From a virus (taxonomy: Duplodnaviria > Caudoviricetes), in IMG/VR virus record IMGVR_UViG_3300020577_004280, positions 90,038-154,037 of that record: a stretch of DNA of 64,000 bases; one strand, given 5' to 3'. The notes beneath the pieces are model-generated. The model had not been told where the DNA came from, made no database searches, and saw only the letters and a list, made by a program, of their open reading frames with translations. Every line of letters begins with the position of its first letter. Positions within the stretch are counted from its first letter, which is position 1. Positions 38,762 through 48,534 of this stretch are shown piece by piece. A program made the position numbers and the translations under genes.

Positions 38762-39595
38762 CTACTCAACAGTAGCAACCTCTTCCTTTGTTTCTGCTAC
38801 TACTGCTTTAACTTCTTCTTCGTCATCAATTAGTGGTTCAAACTCAAGAACCAATACACCGTTTTCATCAACTCTTTCACCGGCACGATTAATAAACTCT
38901 CCGGCTTCGTTGATAAATCTACCTTCTTTATTAATTAGTCTACCTTCAGAATCTACTAATTTACCTTCTTTGTTAACAAACTGCATTTCGCTATTAACGA
39001 ATCCGTGCTTAACCAAGAATTCGTTTTCTGGTAGTTTCTTTTCATAGTCAGGGTCATAATTATGCACTACTTCAGCTAGTGCTGATGCAACTTCCGAAGA
39101 AGCTGTTTCAGTAGCTCTAGTTTTGTAGTCATCTACGTCTTTGAAGTATCTGTTGCCTTCTTCATCAAAAACAGAAACACTTACTAGATAATCAAATTTT
39201 GCGTTTTCTGCTTGTGCTTCAGCGGTATAAATATCGTGTTGTTTTTGGCTATATAGAAGAACTGATTGCTGTAATCTAAGAGAACGCATACGAATACATG
39301 TTTGCTTAGCTTCAGACTTCTTAATACCGCCTTTTAGTAATTTTTTATGTAAGTCGTGTAGTTCATCATCAATCTTGGATAATTCTGTCTCCATATCGTC
39401 GTTCCACAACCCCCTCTTACGTAGGTAGTCGTTTAGTTCTGAACGTAACATAGAGCCACCGTCAACAGCTAAACGGAAAACTTTATTTGATTCCATTTGT
39501 GCTTTTTGTAAATCGGCGGCGTTTGGAGAACGTACAATAAGCTTAATTTCCTTATCGTCGTTATCTTTAGTTACTACTGTTCTTTTGGTTGTCAT
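38762..39595 (-). CDS. tail assembly chaperone-like protein
   Basis: Immediately upstream of the TMP; C-terminal heptad repeats NKEGKLV/DSEGRLI/NKEGRFI/NEAGEFI/NRAGERV. Confidence 0.6.
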   Translation of the reverse strand: MTTKRTVVTKDNDDKEIKLIVRSPNAADLQKAQMESNKVFRLAVDGGSMLRSELNDYLRKRGLWNDDMETELSKIDDELHDLHKKLLKGGIKKSEAKQTCIRMRSLRLQQSVLLYSQKQHDIYTAEAQAENAKFDYLVSVSVFDEEGNRYFKDVDDYKTRATETASSEVASALAEVVHNYDPDYEKKLPENEFLVKHGFVNSEMQFVNKEGKLVDSEGRLINKEGRFINEAGEFINRAGERVDENGVLVLEFEPLIDDEEEVKAVVAETKEEVATVE

Positions 39596-39956
39596 CTTTC
39601 CCTTCCTTTTCTAATCTAAATTCTAAATACATTTTCTTCATTTCTATCACGTAGGCATCAAAATCAGAATCCAATTGTCTGATTTGGTCATTACCCTTAT
39701 CTAAGATATTACTACGTACTTCCTTGAATAAATTATTTAAATGTTCTTGTTCTTTAGTACGATTGCCATCTTCACCAAGTATAAAACCTAGTTTTTCTTC
39801 AATAGTAGCTAACGCCCCAATCATAGTAGTTCTAATTCTACGGGCTATAGCATTCTGTAATTTATTTCTAGAAGCCGCTTGATATTTTGTTTTAGCGTTG
39901 TCTTCTTCCTTTTTCTGTTCTACTAATCGTAGAATATTGTATCCTTGTTGACTCAT
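39567..39956 (-). CDS. hypothetical protein (tail module)
   Basis: Helical 129-aa ORF coupled to its neighbours. Confidence 0.6.
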   Translation of the reverse strand: MSQQGYNILRLVEQKKEEDNAKTKYQAASRNKLQNAIARRIRTTMIGALATIEEKLGFILGEDGNRTKEQEHLNNLFKEVRSNILDKGNDQIRQLDSDFDAYVIEMKKMYLEFRLEKEGKDDNQKNSSN

Positions 39957-40993
39957 TTGTTTCCTCTCATTATTTCGTTGCCTTTGTTGACAGCATCCAT
40001 CATCATTTTTGCTTTAACATCATGGAAATCAGAATCTTTCATTTCTTTATTACGTTTTATCTGATTTAATCTAGCTTGTTTCATAGCGGCGGCTTGCGGG
40101 CTATTCAATGATTCTATATCTTGTGCATGTTTTTCATCTCTAGCTACCAAGAAGATTTCACTAGAATTTCTAATCTTGCTATTACCTATTTTCTTTTGTG
40201 TATCGTTATCTGTCTTTTCTTTTTCTTTCTTACGGCGTTGGATAGCTACCCAACCATCAATCATATCGTCATCATCTAAAATCTTATCTGGTGGACATTC
40301 TGGATGTTCACCCAAGTTATCGTAAAAAGAAGACCAAAATATTAACCTTTTTTGCTCTGATGTTAAATCTACCGATGTTCTATTAAAAATATTACCATTA
40401 CTTTTAGAAGCATACCAAATACCTTTCCAGTCAGAATATTTGGCAATACTTCTAATTTGTTCATCAGTAACGGTATTTTTTTCTTTATAAGCCATTAAAG
40501 ATAATACTGTATGAGTAGACCAGTCATAAGATTCTCGTGTTTTATATTTTTGTACAGAGTTTTCTATAATATTATAAGACTTCATAAAATTAGCTATACC
40601 GTTAGAAGTGGTATAATCATATTTATGTCGTTCATGATATAGTTCTAATAAACATTTTTTTAACTGATTTAAATTATTACGTAACTGAATTGTTTTTAAT
40701 TCGTCATATGAATTATTATATAAATCAATCTTTACATCTTCAATTAATTTTGGTATTGATACCATCATCTCATGTTCTTTGGTTTGATTCCAAAGGTTTT
40801 TTTCATACATCCAAGTTAACAATTCTTCATCATCTATAATACCATCTTTTTTGCATTCGTCAAAAACTGACATATACACCATCTGTGAATCATACAGAAT
40901 ATCGCTGTTTGGTTCTACAAGCAGCAAGTCTTGGAATCGTTGGTATCCACAGATAATTCTCTGCATAAAAAAATCCCGCTGGTATAGTTCCAT
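39953..40993 (-). CDS. hypothetical protein, possible tail assembly chaperone
   Basis: Between the tail tube and TMP genes; EHPECPPD..LDDDDMIDGW. Confidence 0.55.
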   Translation of the reverse strand: MELYQRDFFMQRIICGYQRFQDLLLVEPNSDILYDSQMVYMSVFDECKKDGIIDDEELLTWMYEKNLWNQTKEHEMMVSIPKLIEDVKIDLYNNSYDELKTIQLRNNLNQLKKCLLELYHERHKYDYTTSNGIANFMKSYNIIENSVQKYKTRESYDWSTHTVLSLMAYKEKNTVTDEQIRSIAKYSDWKGIWYASKSNGNIFNRTSVDLTSEQKRLIFWSSFYDNLGEHPECPPDKILDDDDMIDGWVAIQRRKKEKEKTDNDTQKKIGNSKIRNSSEIFLVARDEKHAQDIESLNSPQAAAMKQARLNQIKRNKEMKDSDFHDVKAKMMMDAVNKGNEIMRGNK

Positions 40994-41119
40994 TTAGTTA
41001 AACCCTAAAGGAATGAATACGAGCGGGAAAATAGTTGTTATCCATTTTTGAAGTGTCCTCTATTTCCTCGTACTACTATCGTTCCTATATATAGTAGTCT
41101 GACAAGCCAATTTTGGCTA

Positions 41120-42217
41120 TTAGCCAGGGTCTTGTGGGTGAATAACAGTAAAGTCATTCTGAGTTGTGTAACTATAAGTAATGGTTTCGATACCACCACC
41201 AGCGTTAGCACCACCAATAGAAATATTATTAAGTTTATTCTTAGTACCTAAATTGATGAATAAACCTTCTTGTAGAGCAATAGTGATAGTACGGTTGCTT
41301 AGGTTAGCACCTGTAGTACCAATACCGTTTTCATAAACGTTTTGTAGGTCACCAGATTTTGAGTTAATTTCAATATCACATGTAACTTCTACTGGGAAAC
41401 CGACTGGGCGGAAATACGCACCCTTGTGACCTAATTCATATAGAGAGTCACGGTTTAGGTTAGCACTAACATTGATGCTTTGAACAGCACAAGGATAGTT
41501 ACCATTTGGTTGCACTAAGTTAGTACCAGAAGATGAAATACCAGCAATATCTGGAGGAAGAATTGTAGCATAATTTGCTGCTGAACTAAAAGATACTTGA
41601 CCGTTAGCATCTCTACCAGCATATGTTGTGTTGAAAACAACGTTTTCACGCATCTGAATACCACCAGAATTTAGAGCATAAGCTAATGGTACGTCAGCAT
41701 TATAGTTGTAGTTGCCAGCGTTGTTAGCAATAGCACTCATGCCAGTAGTACGCCATAATCTGTTGTTGCCAACTAATGTAACGCTTTCTGTACAAATACC
41801 TTCTACTGGAATTGTATAAGAAGCACTACTTAAGAACATACCGCTAGCATACATTTCAATGATAGCGTCACCAGAAGCGGCGTCTTTTGTTTCTCTGAAA
41901 AGAGGTACATATACGTGACAACGTTGACTAGAACGACCAGCTAGAGTGTTAGATGAATAACCTCTGGTAGCAAGGTGATAGATTAATGGATAACCATCGA
42001 TACATTTTTCCATTGTAATTTCAACGTTTGGAATTTCTTCAATGTTTTCATATGGAGATAATTGACCAATCTCGAAAATCGGTGTAATTCCATAGCTAAC
42101 AGTAGTACCTAAACTTTGGGCACCGTGTACTAATGTTGGGGTATCAGAGGTAAATGGTGAAATACCAATGCCTAAGCAACCCCAAAAAATGCGGTTGTTC
42201 GCGTATAAATCGGCCAT
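41120..42217 (-). CDS. major tail (tube) protein
   Basis: Two repeated tube-like halves (FEIGQLSPY / YELGHKGAY); strong RBS and own late promoter; sits after the neck genes. Confidence 0.75.
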   Translation of the reverse strand: MADLYANNRIFWGCLGIGISPFTSDTPTLVHGAQSLGTTVSYGITPIFEIGQLSPYENIEEIPNVEITMEKCIDGYPLIYHLATRGYSSNTLAGRSSQRCHVYVPLFRETKDAASGDAIIEMYASGMFLSSASYTIPVEGICTESVTLVGNNRLWRTTGMSAIANNAGNYNYNADVPLAYALNSGGIQMRENVVFNTTYAGRDANGQVSFSSAANYATILPPDIAGISSSGTNLVQPNGNYPCAVQSINVSANLNRDSLYELGHKGAYFRPVGFPVEVTCDIEINSKSGDLQNVYENGIGTTGANLSNRTITIALQEGLFINLGTKNKLNNISIGGANAGGGIETITYSYTTQNDFTVIHPQDPG

Positions 42218-42290
42218 GTTTATTTTTCTCCTAATATTAATTTCTACGATAAAAGAGAAAATTACCTAAGTTTAAAGGTAGTATCCTCTA

Positions 42291-42303
42291 ATATATAATA
42301 CAC
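42291..42303 (-). promoter_or_regulatory. putative late promoter GTGTATTATATAT
   Basis: Copy of the repeated motif, upstream of the tail tube gene. Confidence 0.75.
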
Positions 42304-42321
42304 GAATTTCAAGCAAAAACG

Positions 42322-43305
42322 CTAGATGTTGGTCAAAATGCTTTCTGTCTGAAGTTTAACAATAGAATAATACAAATTTTGCGTAAGCCAAACGCCATTA
42401 GATGCTTCTGTATCAGCAAACCTCAAAGTGCCAGTACACTTATCATTATAGAAAAACCCGCCTTCTCCACTAGGTTTTACTAAATCTGGATAGGTTAATG
42501 CACCTGAAGCTATGGAACCACGACCATCTAAAGGGCTTCTACGCTGTGCTGCTATCTTGTTTGTATCATATAAAAGTATTGTTTTTTCTTTTTGTGAAGA
42601 CAAAATATCGGCTATTTTTCCATGATGCCTGTCGGTTTCAGAGAAAACATAGCAAATTATACTTTTTTCAACAAACGAGCCGCCACCAAGCTGTGCTGGT
42701 CTATACGTAGTACGTTCCGATGTATGCACAGCAATAAAAGGAAATTGTATTCTGGTTTCTGATACAGGATTCCATTCTCCTGAAGCAAATTGAGAAAATT
42801 GTGGACTTTCTACTCTTGTAGCGTTATATTGTACAGCCCGAACTAATTGGCTATCTCTCGCATCTATAGTTTGAATCCACTTATACGAATATTGACAAGT
42901 AATTACCGTGCCTGTTGAAATAGGATTGTTGAAAACTATACGACCGCGAGGATAATCTACATAATGTGAATATGTACCAGTGGTACTCAATGGGTAGAAA
43001 CTACCGTTGACGTATACACCAGATACTTGTATAGGTTGAGTAGAGGTTGTTAAACCACTTTGCCATACCCAATCGTTTTTAGCTGCTTGCCAAACTTGGC
43101 CATCAGAATATCTAGGGTCTTTAACTGGTCGTAATCTATGTTTGTCACCACCATATAAACCAGAAGCCGGAATCTTAACATTGATAAATCCACCAGTGTT
43201 CAGAAAACCCCATTCTATGAAAGAAATAATATTAGCTCTCAATACATCTCCGTATGAGTCTTGACCAATACTACTGATTCCTTTAAAATTAGTGTAATCT
43301 GGCAT
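42322..43305 (-). CDS. tail terminator / neck protein
   Basis: IQFPFIAV and YVFSET..H..KIADIL resemble tail-terminator folds; VDYPRGRIVF insertion; synteny. Confidence 0.55.
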   Translation of the reverse strand: MPDYTNFKGISSIGQDSYGDVLRANIISFIEWGFLNTGGFINVKIPASGLYGGDKHRLRPVKDPRYSDGQVWQAAKNDWVWQSGLTTSTQPIQVSGVYVNGSFYPLSTTGTYSHYVDYPRGRIVFNNPISTGTVITCQYSYKWIQTIDARDSQLVRAVQYNATRVESPQFSQFASGEWNPVSETRIQFPFIAVHTSERTTYRPAQLGGGSFVEKSIICYVFSETDRHHGKIADILSSQKEKTILLYDTNKIAAQRRSPLDGRGSIASGALTYPDLVKPSGEGGFFYNDKCTGTLRFADTEASNGVWLTQNLYYSIVKLQTESILTNI

Positions 43306-43958
43306 TATATATCCTTTGTAATTTCTTTTTCGACAATTTCAAATATTTTGTTTTCTATTAGTATTGATGAGAAAAATCTAGTAAACCAATTATCTCTTGG
43401 AGAGTTATCTCCCGGTACAACATAAGGCCCGCCGTCTTTTACCATCACACCAAAACCAGAACGAGAGTTTACTGGGAATACACCGTATTGTATACCATAA
43501 TCTCTTATAACTATTTGTCCGCCCCTGCCAAGGTACCATTCTAGCCACGGAATTGATTCAAACCCATACCCTTGCGGTTTAGTAGTAGCCTCTGGTAATT
43601 TTAAAATATCCTGAAAATCTTCTTGCAACATATTTATTCTTAGATGCCCAAGAATATGTCCAGATTTATATTTAAATGGATATATATCAATTTCGATACT
43701 TTTAGCTATTCTATTAATAATAGCATCTATAATATTTTTTTCATCACCAATCATAAAACCGAATTCAACTTTTAATATACCGACTGTTAAATCATGATAT
43801 TCTTTAGTGTCTTGTAAACCAACAATTACTAAATGTTGTATTTGTTCTAGTATTGTAGACTTGGAAGATTTTATAGCATTGTTTACTTCATCAGTAAAAC
43901 ATTGCATTATCATATCCTTAAGCTCTTTTTCAGATTCAAGAATATTTATTTTAAACAT
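43305..43958 (-). CDS. neck / tail-completion protein
   Basis: IPWLEW, SRSG, DNWFTR; synteny. Confidence 0.5.
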   Translation of the reverse strand: MFKINILESEKELKDMIMQCFTDEVNNAIKSSKSTILEQIQHLVIVGLQDTKEYHDLTVGILKVEFGFMIGDEKNIIDAIINRIAKSIEIDIYPFKYKSGHILGHLRINMLQEDFQDILKLPEATTKPQGYGFESIPWLEWYLGRGGQIVIRDYGIQYGVFPVNSRSGFGVMVKDGGPYVVPGDNSPRDNWFTRFFSSILIENKIFEIVEKEITKDI

Positions 43959-44461
43959 TAAGATTTACCTAAATATAAAGAAAAATATCTATTCTTTTTA
44001 AATCCATGATAAAATGGTTCTTGAATTCTCACAAAGGTATTGGTCATGATACCATCATTTTTACTTACTAATTTTATATGTGACGCTTGCATCACTTTCG
44101 GTAAATCTGAAAGAAAGCCTATAATTTGAACGGAACCATCTGGTATAGATAATGTAGTACCGGTTTTCACCCAATCTTTAGGTGACCAATATATACGTAG
44201 TTTAATGGTTTCTGTTGGTTCAGTATGGTAAAAACCCTCGCCATTACAATGTGGACAAATCATACCATTATCAAACGGTTCTGGACCACCTGTTTTATAA
44301 ATGTTAGATGATTTTTTACCAATATTATCTGGTAAACAATTAGGACACTCTGAAGATAACGATGGATATACAAGCATACAATCTTCACCGAAATTAAGAT
44401 TAATAAAATCGTCGGCAAAAGAGTTATATAAACTCCATACTTCGTTTGGTATATTTACCAT
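43958..44461 (-). CDS. head closure (stopper)-like protein with Zn ribbon
   Basis: CPNC...CPHC.GEG insertion; synteny after the adaptor. Confidence 0.55.
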   Translation of the reverse strand: MVNIPNEVWSLYNSFADDFINLNFGEDCMLVYPSLSSECPNCLPDNIGKKSSNIYKTGGPEPFDNGMICPHCNGEGFYHTEPTETIKLRIYWSPKDWVKTGTTLSIPDGSVQIIGFLSDLPKVMQASHIKLVSKNDGIMTNTFVRIQEPFYHGFKKNRYFSLYLGKS

Positions 44462-44955
44462 CTTAAGTTATCCCAAATTGTTGTATTCATTGTGTTTTCT
44501 GGATAAGTGAACGGTGTTGATACCATTTGCCCACCAACAGAATTACCAGCAACATAATTGACTCTCGCTTTATTATAAGCGTCAACCGCTGATTGATATA
44601 GTTTAGAGTAATTGCCATACATGGTAGTGGTATCAATTTGTGAAGGACCATCCACAACTTTCATAGACTTACCACCGGCTAGTCTTAACTCACCACCATA
44701 AATAATTGCTGCGGATTTTAAGCAGACAAGATTAATAAACGAATCGTCTCTGGTAACATCTGTTGGGTCTGGTGTTAAACTAGATGCGGCTACATTTATT
44801 TCATAAGCTTTGTTAAAACTAAGTTCTGTACTAACTAATTGGGCGCCAACCAACAAACTCTGTTGTAATCTAACATCAGAATAGACATAAGCTGTTGGGT
44901 CTAAGTCGCTAATAAGGAATCTTAGGATTGGTGTCATCTCTGTTTGCCAAGTCAT
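44455..44955 (-). CDS. head-tail adaptor protein
   Basis: LRFLISD...YSD..L (gp15/gp6-like N-terminus), DGPSQID. Confidence 0.6.
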   Translation of the reverse strand: MTWQTEMTPILRFLISDLDPTAYVYSDVRLQQSLLVGAQLVSTELSFNKAYEINVAASSLTPDPTDVTRDDSFINLVCLKSAAIIYGGELRLAGGKSMKVVDGPSQIDTTTMYGNYSKLYQSAVDAYNKARVNYVAGNSVGGQMVSTPFTYPENTMNTTIWDNLRW

Positions 44956-44964
44956 ATTATCTCC

Positions 44965-45660
44965 TTATAGTGAATCTATACCGATTAACTGTTCCCATCT
45001 ACGAGAACTACCGTCAATCGTACTACTAGCTATAACTAAATAAGCCTCACCAGAAGAAGTGAGATTCACACTATCATTATATCTTACTACGCCAATACTT
45101 TTATCTGCATAAGTCATTTTTTGATTTGAAAATATAGCGGTACCATTATCAGTTCTACATACTGTTAAAGCTGGATTTGTGAAATTTCCAGAAGATAATG
45201 GCCGACTGTTCTTAAACCAATTAACTGTATATTCATCTCTAGAATTAATTACATCTTTATTAAATTTAATATTCGCATAATATAGATTACTACCAAAATC
45301 ATTACCATTGATTAATTGTCCGCTCACTTTAGTAATATTAACATCTGGAGCATTTTTGACAATAAAACTTTTAACAGGTATAACATCTGATATACCAATA
45401 ACTCTACCAGAAACCCAAACTTGATAATGTGAGTCTTCATCAAACATATTGCCAGATGTATAAAAATATCCGTCATACCTTCCAACCATCATACTATTAG
45501 CTGATAGATTACCAGTTAATACTTGTGTTGGTGACAAAGCGTTCATTTTTTCTACTACGAACCAAGGTGCAGAATCAGATAATGATAAAGTTCCACCGGA
45601 TGGATGATGACAAACAACCGAAAAATTTACATAATCGTTTTGTTTATATGATTGATACAT
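44965..45660 (-). CDS. putative virion protein (two Ig-like/beta-sandwich halves)
   Basis: Beta-rich; located in the head-neck region. Confidence 0.5.
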   Translation of the reverse strand: MYQSYKQNDYVNFSVVCHHPSGGTLSLSDSAPWFVVEKMNALSPTQVLTGNLSANSMMVGRYDGYFYTSGNMFDEDSHYQVWVSGRVIGISDVIPVKSFIVKNAPDVNITKVSGQLINGNDFGSNLYYANIKFNKDVINSRDEYTVNWFKNSRPLSSGNFTNPALTVCRTDNGTAIFSNQKMTYADKSIGVVRYNDSVNLTSSGEAYLVIASSTIDGSSRRWEQLIGIDSL

Positions 45661-46273
45661 TTGTTTCTTCTTCCGTACTTAAAACTCTACTGCCAAAAAT
45701 TACTGATTTTAATATACTTGGCTGAAATACATCCCAAAATTGTGTATTATTGATAAAAATAGAAGTATAATCTATTGTCATTTCTATATAATTTATATAC
45801 GCTGAGGCGCCATTATGTGCGTCTTCTGCTTGAAAATATAAACCAAAATTAGAAGCTCTAATATAATTAACATCAAGAGAATTAATAGTAGCGGCATCTA
45901 CAGTGTATGTGTCTACTGATTCAGATGTACTCCATCTTGCGGTTTTAGCAAAATCTGTTCCAACCACAATTCCGTCACTATGAAATAATTTAACATAAAA
46001 GTCTTTAATATGATGTGAATTACCATTACCGTCAGCATATTTATATACATCAAAAGTAATACCGTTAATTATAGTTAATATATTTTCATTATTAGGCGGT
46101 ATAGAACTAAAATCAAAAATACACTTTAATAAATATGATGTTGTATTGCCGCCACCAGACCAAGTAGCAATATTTGAGTCATCTACTTTTACGTTATTAT
46201 AATCTATCCAAGCGCTTGCACCGCTTGAACTATTATTTGATACCGTGCTTGGCGCTTTTGTAATTTGAATCAT
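45644..46273 (-). CDS. putative virion protein, jelly-roll-like
   Basis: FDFSSIP..INGITFDV, NFGLYF, YINYIEMTIDY. Confidence 0.5.
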   Translation of the reverse strand: MIQITKAPSTVSNNSSSGASAWIDYNNVKVDDSNIATWSGGGNTTSYLLKCIFDFSSIPPNNENILTIINGITFDVYKYADGNGNSHHIKDFYVKLFHSDGIVVGTDFAKTARWSTSESVDTYTVDAATINSLDVNYIRASNFGLYFQAEDAHNGASAYINYIEMTIDYTSIFINNTQFWDVFQPSILKSVIFGSRVLSTEEETNVSII

Positions 46274-46461
46274 TAGTTAGTGTAATATGTTGAATCATCG
46301 AATTTACCAGTGTACTGGTCATTAATACAGTCAATGGGTGCTGTTTTATTTTTAACAGGGTTAACTTTATCAAATTCGCCTTTTACCGTAGTTGTCGCAA
46401 TTGCTGACCCATTAACAATTCCGTTACTATTAATTATTTTCTTTGCTACATTTGTATCCAT
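46273..46461 (-). CDS. small hypothetical virion protein
   Basis: 62-aa ORF with GGAG RBS, coupled to the downstream gene. Confidence 0.6.
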   Translation of the reverse strand: MDTNVAKKIINSNGIVNGSAIATTTVKGEFDKVNPVKNKTAPIDCINDQYTGKFDDSTYYTN

Positions 46462-46496
46462 ATTATTTACTCCGTATATATAATAAATTATTGATG

Positions 46497-47012
46497 TTAT
46501 AATCCAATCAAAAATGAAGTTTGAGTTGTAGAACCGCCACCAGAAGTAGAATACGTTACTTCAACTTGACATGCAGATAAGCTGGCAATACCTGTACTTC
46601 CAGTAGAATTAACTTTCAATCTAGCTCCATCCCAAGCCGCCTTTGTTGTTGCTCCTGTAATTGTGGGAGTAAACGAATATGTTGTGGGTGTTGTCGTTCC
46701 AGCGGCAGTTGTTTGTGCAATTAACGCTGTAGATTCATCACTCTGTAAAAGTTGGAAGCTAGAAATCGCTCTACCTTTTGAACTATTTTGAGTTCTTAAT
46801 TTAACAGTAACAGCAGTAATAACACTAGCATCTGATGGAAGGTCAGTAAGAAGTAAAAAAATAGACGCAACAGATGTCATGGATATAAAATCGTTATCGT
46901 CTGGTGAATCAGTACCTTCATCAACATTCACATAATATGGTGGTCCTGCTATACCTCCTACTGAACCAGAAATGGTACCGTCACCATTAGCCAACAAAGT
47001 TGTAGTAGGCAT
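46497..47012 (-). CDS. putative virion protein, Thr/Ser-rich beta-sandwich
   Basis: Shares motifs with a domain of the 28211-30646 protein (see findings). Confidence 0.55.
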   Translation of the reverse strand: MPTTTLLANGDGTISGSVGGIAGPPYYVNVDEGTDSPDDNDFISMTSVASIFLLLTDLPSDASVITAVTVKLRTQNSSKGRAISSFQLLQSDESTALIAQTTAAGTTTPTTYSFTPTITGATTKAAWDGARLKVNSTGSTGIASLSACQVEVTYSTSGGGSTTQTSFLIGL

Positions 47013-47423
47013 TTATTTTGCCTCCAAACCAAGATATGTTATAAACTCTTGAAAATCACCTAATACTAAACAAAACCTAGATTTAACTAATTCGATGTCG
47101 GGTTTATCTTCAAGATAAAAAAACGTATCAGAAACCCATAACTCACCATTGAGATTTTCTGCGGTAACTGTAGCCATTTGGCTTCTGACCGTATTATTAT
47201 ATCCCGGTCTAGCGCACATAATATGTGTTAATTCACCTTTGGAATTATAAAGTTTAGTTGGCAACATAGCTTCTACATTCCTGTCTTGTGTTTTATCTAC
47301 ATACATTAAATGGAATAATGATAGTTCTCTTGCTTTTCGCGCATATTCTATTGGAGCTATGGTATTCAATGTGTAACAAGTCATAATAGAGCCGTCATCA
47401 TCATAAGCGATACATTCATCCAT
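47013..47423 (-). CDS. hypothetical protein
   Basis: 136-aa ORF with GAGG RBS, within the operon. Confidence 0.55.
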   Translation of the reverse strand: MDECIAYDDDGSIMTCYTLNTIAPIEYARKARELSLFHLMYVDKTQDRNVEAMLPTKLYNSKGELTHIMCARPGYNNTVRSQMATVTAENLNGELWVSDTFFYLEDKPDIELVKSRFCLVLGDFQEFITYLGLEAK

Positions 47424-47438
47424 AATAAAATTTCCTCA

Positions 47439-48143
47439 CTATTGATTGCTACCAATCAAAAACCCATCGTATGTATTAGTACCGGTCACAGTAAAACCAA
47501 GATAAGTTACTTTACCTACACCACTAGCAATGGTTGGTGCCGTTCCACCAGATGTTATCCATCTAATAGTTGAAAATAAAGTAGCTGTTCTATTACCAAC
47601 AGAATCTTGAACCAACATCATACGGAAATCTTGACCAAATGTACCGCTAACTACAGTAAACGTTGTACTAGAATCCATTACTTTATATAAGAAATTACTT
47701 ACGTTAAGATTTAAAGCTGTACCAGAAGTCGGTGTATTGAATTTATCAAATTTAACTTGACCGGTAGAATGAGTAATATTAATACCAGCGCCACCAACTA
47801 CATTTTTACCTTCATATGCTGTACCACCTGAATTACCACCAAGAAGGTAATTAGCTGTTGGAAGAGAGCTTAATCCGATACCACCGCTAGCTGGAGGAAC
47901 GACATTCCAGATAGACATGTTAGTTAAACCAAGATTAGTTCGCGCGGTAGCAGCGTTTGACAAACCTATTAAATTTTCACTTTTGGCTAGATATTCACCA
48001 CTAGGCTTTTGAGCCATACTATTCAATTGTAAATTAGAGCGAGCGGCTGATTTATCAGTTAAATCAGATAAATTATTAGAAGCTAACATATCACCTGTAC
48101 CACCGCCAGCGGCTCCGGCTGGAGGAAAATAGCTAAATCCCAT
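47439..48143 (-). CDS. fibre-like protein (head or tail fibre)
   Basis: Two NLSDL..AARxNLxL repeats; C-terminal LVQDSVGNRT..W..GTAPT domain. Confidence 0.7.
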   Translation of the reverse strand: MGFSYFPPAGAAGGGTGDMLASNNLSDLTDKSAARSNLQLNSMAQKPSGEYLAKSENLIGLSNAATARTNLGLTNMSIWNVVPPASGGIGLSSLPTANYLLGGNSGGTAYEGKNVVGGAGINITHSTGQVKFDKFNTPTSGTALNLNVSNFLYKVMDSSTTFTVVSGTFGQDFRMMLVQDSVGNRTATLFSTIRWITSGGTAPTIASGVGKVTYLGFTVTGTNTYDGFLIGSNQ

Positions 48144-48144
48144 A

Positions 48145-48420
48145 TTAGCCTCCTATCCATCTAACTGAACCAGACCCAACAATATATACTTTAGAAAGAT
48201 TATCTATAGCTAATTGAATTCCGGCTCCAGCGGCTAGAGGAAAGCCGTTTGAAGTAGTAACACCAGAGTTACCAACATAAACCGTTGCTGAATTAGTAGA
48301 TAACGCTAATACTGTTACCCCAAACTTTAATTCTTGATTAGAATTTAATTGGACTGGAGTTACACTACTAGTATTTGATACCGCGTTGCTATATAATCTG
48401 CTGCCTACATTTATAGTCAT
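48145..48420 (-). CDS. small virion protein
   Basis: NSATVYVG..GVTTSNGFPLAAG motif; late promoter upstream. Confidence 0.6.
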   Translation of the reverse strand: MTINVGSRLYSNAVSNTSSVTPVQLNSNQELKFGVTVLALSTNSATVYVGNSGVTTSNGFPLAAGAGIQLAIDNLSKVYIVGSGSVRWIGG

Positions 48421-48458
48421 AAAATTCTCCTATGAAAACGCTAAACCTATTGTCCTCA

Positions 48459-48471
48459 TAATATTATACAC
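48459..48471 (-). promoter_or_regulatory. putative late promoter GTGTATAATATTA
   Basis: Motif copy directly after the capsid terminator. Confidence 0.75.
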
Positions 48472-48472
48472 C

Positions 48473-48504
48473 AAAAGAAAAAGGAGGCTGTAAACGGCCT
48501 CCTT
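48473..48504 (-). terminator. intrinsic terminator after the major capsid gene
   Basis: Minus strand AAGGAGGC-CGTTTACA-GCCTCCTT-TTTCTTTT. Confidence 0.85.
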
Positions 48505-48534
48505 AATCTTAAAAATACTATATTTAATCTACTA

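Noticed and set aside
38731-40993. Programmed frameshift in the tail assembly chaperones
   Set aside because: No convincing slippery site with an extended alternative frame was identified; the ORFs have their own starts
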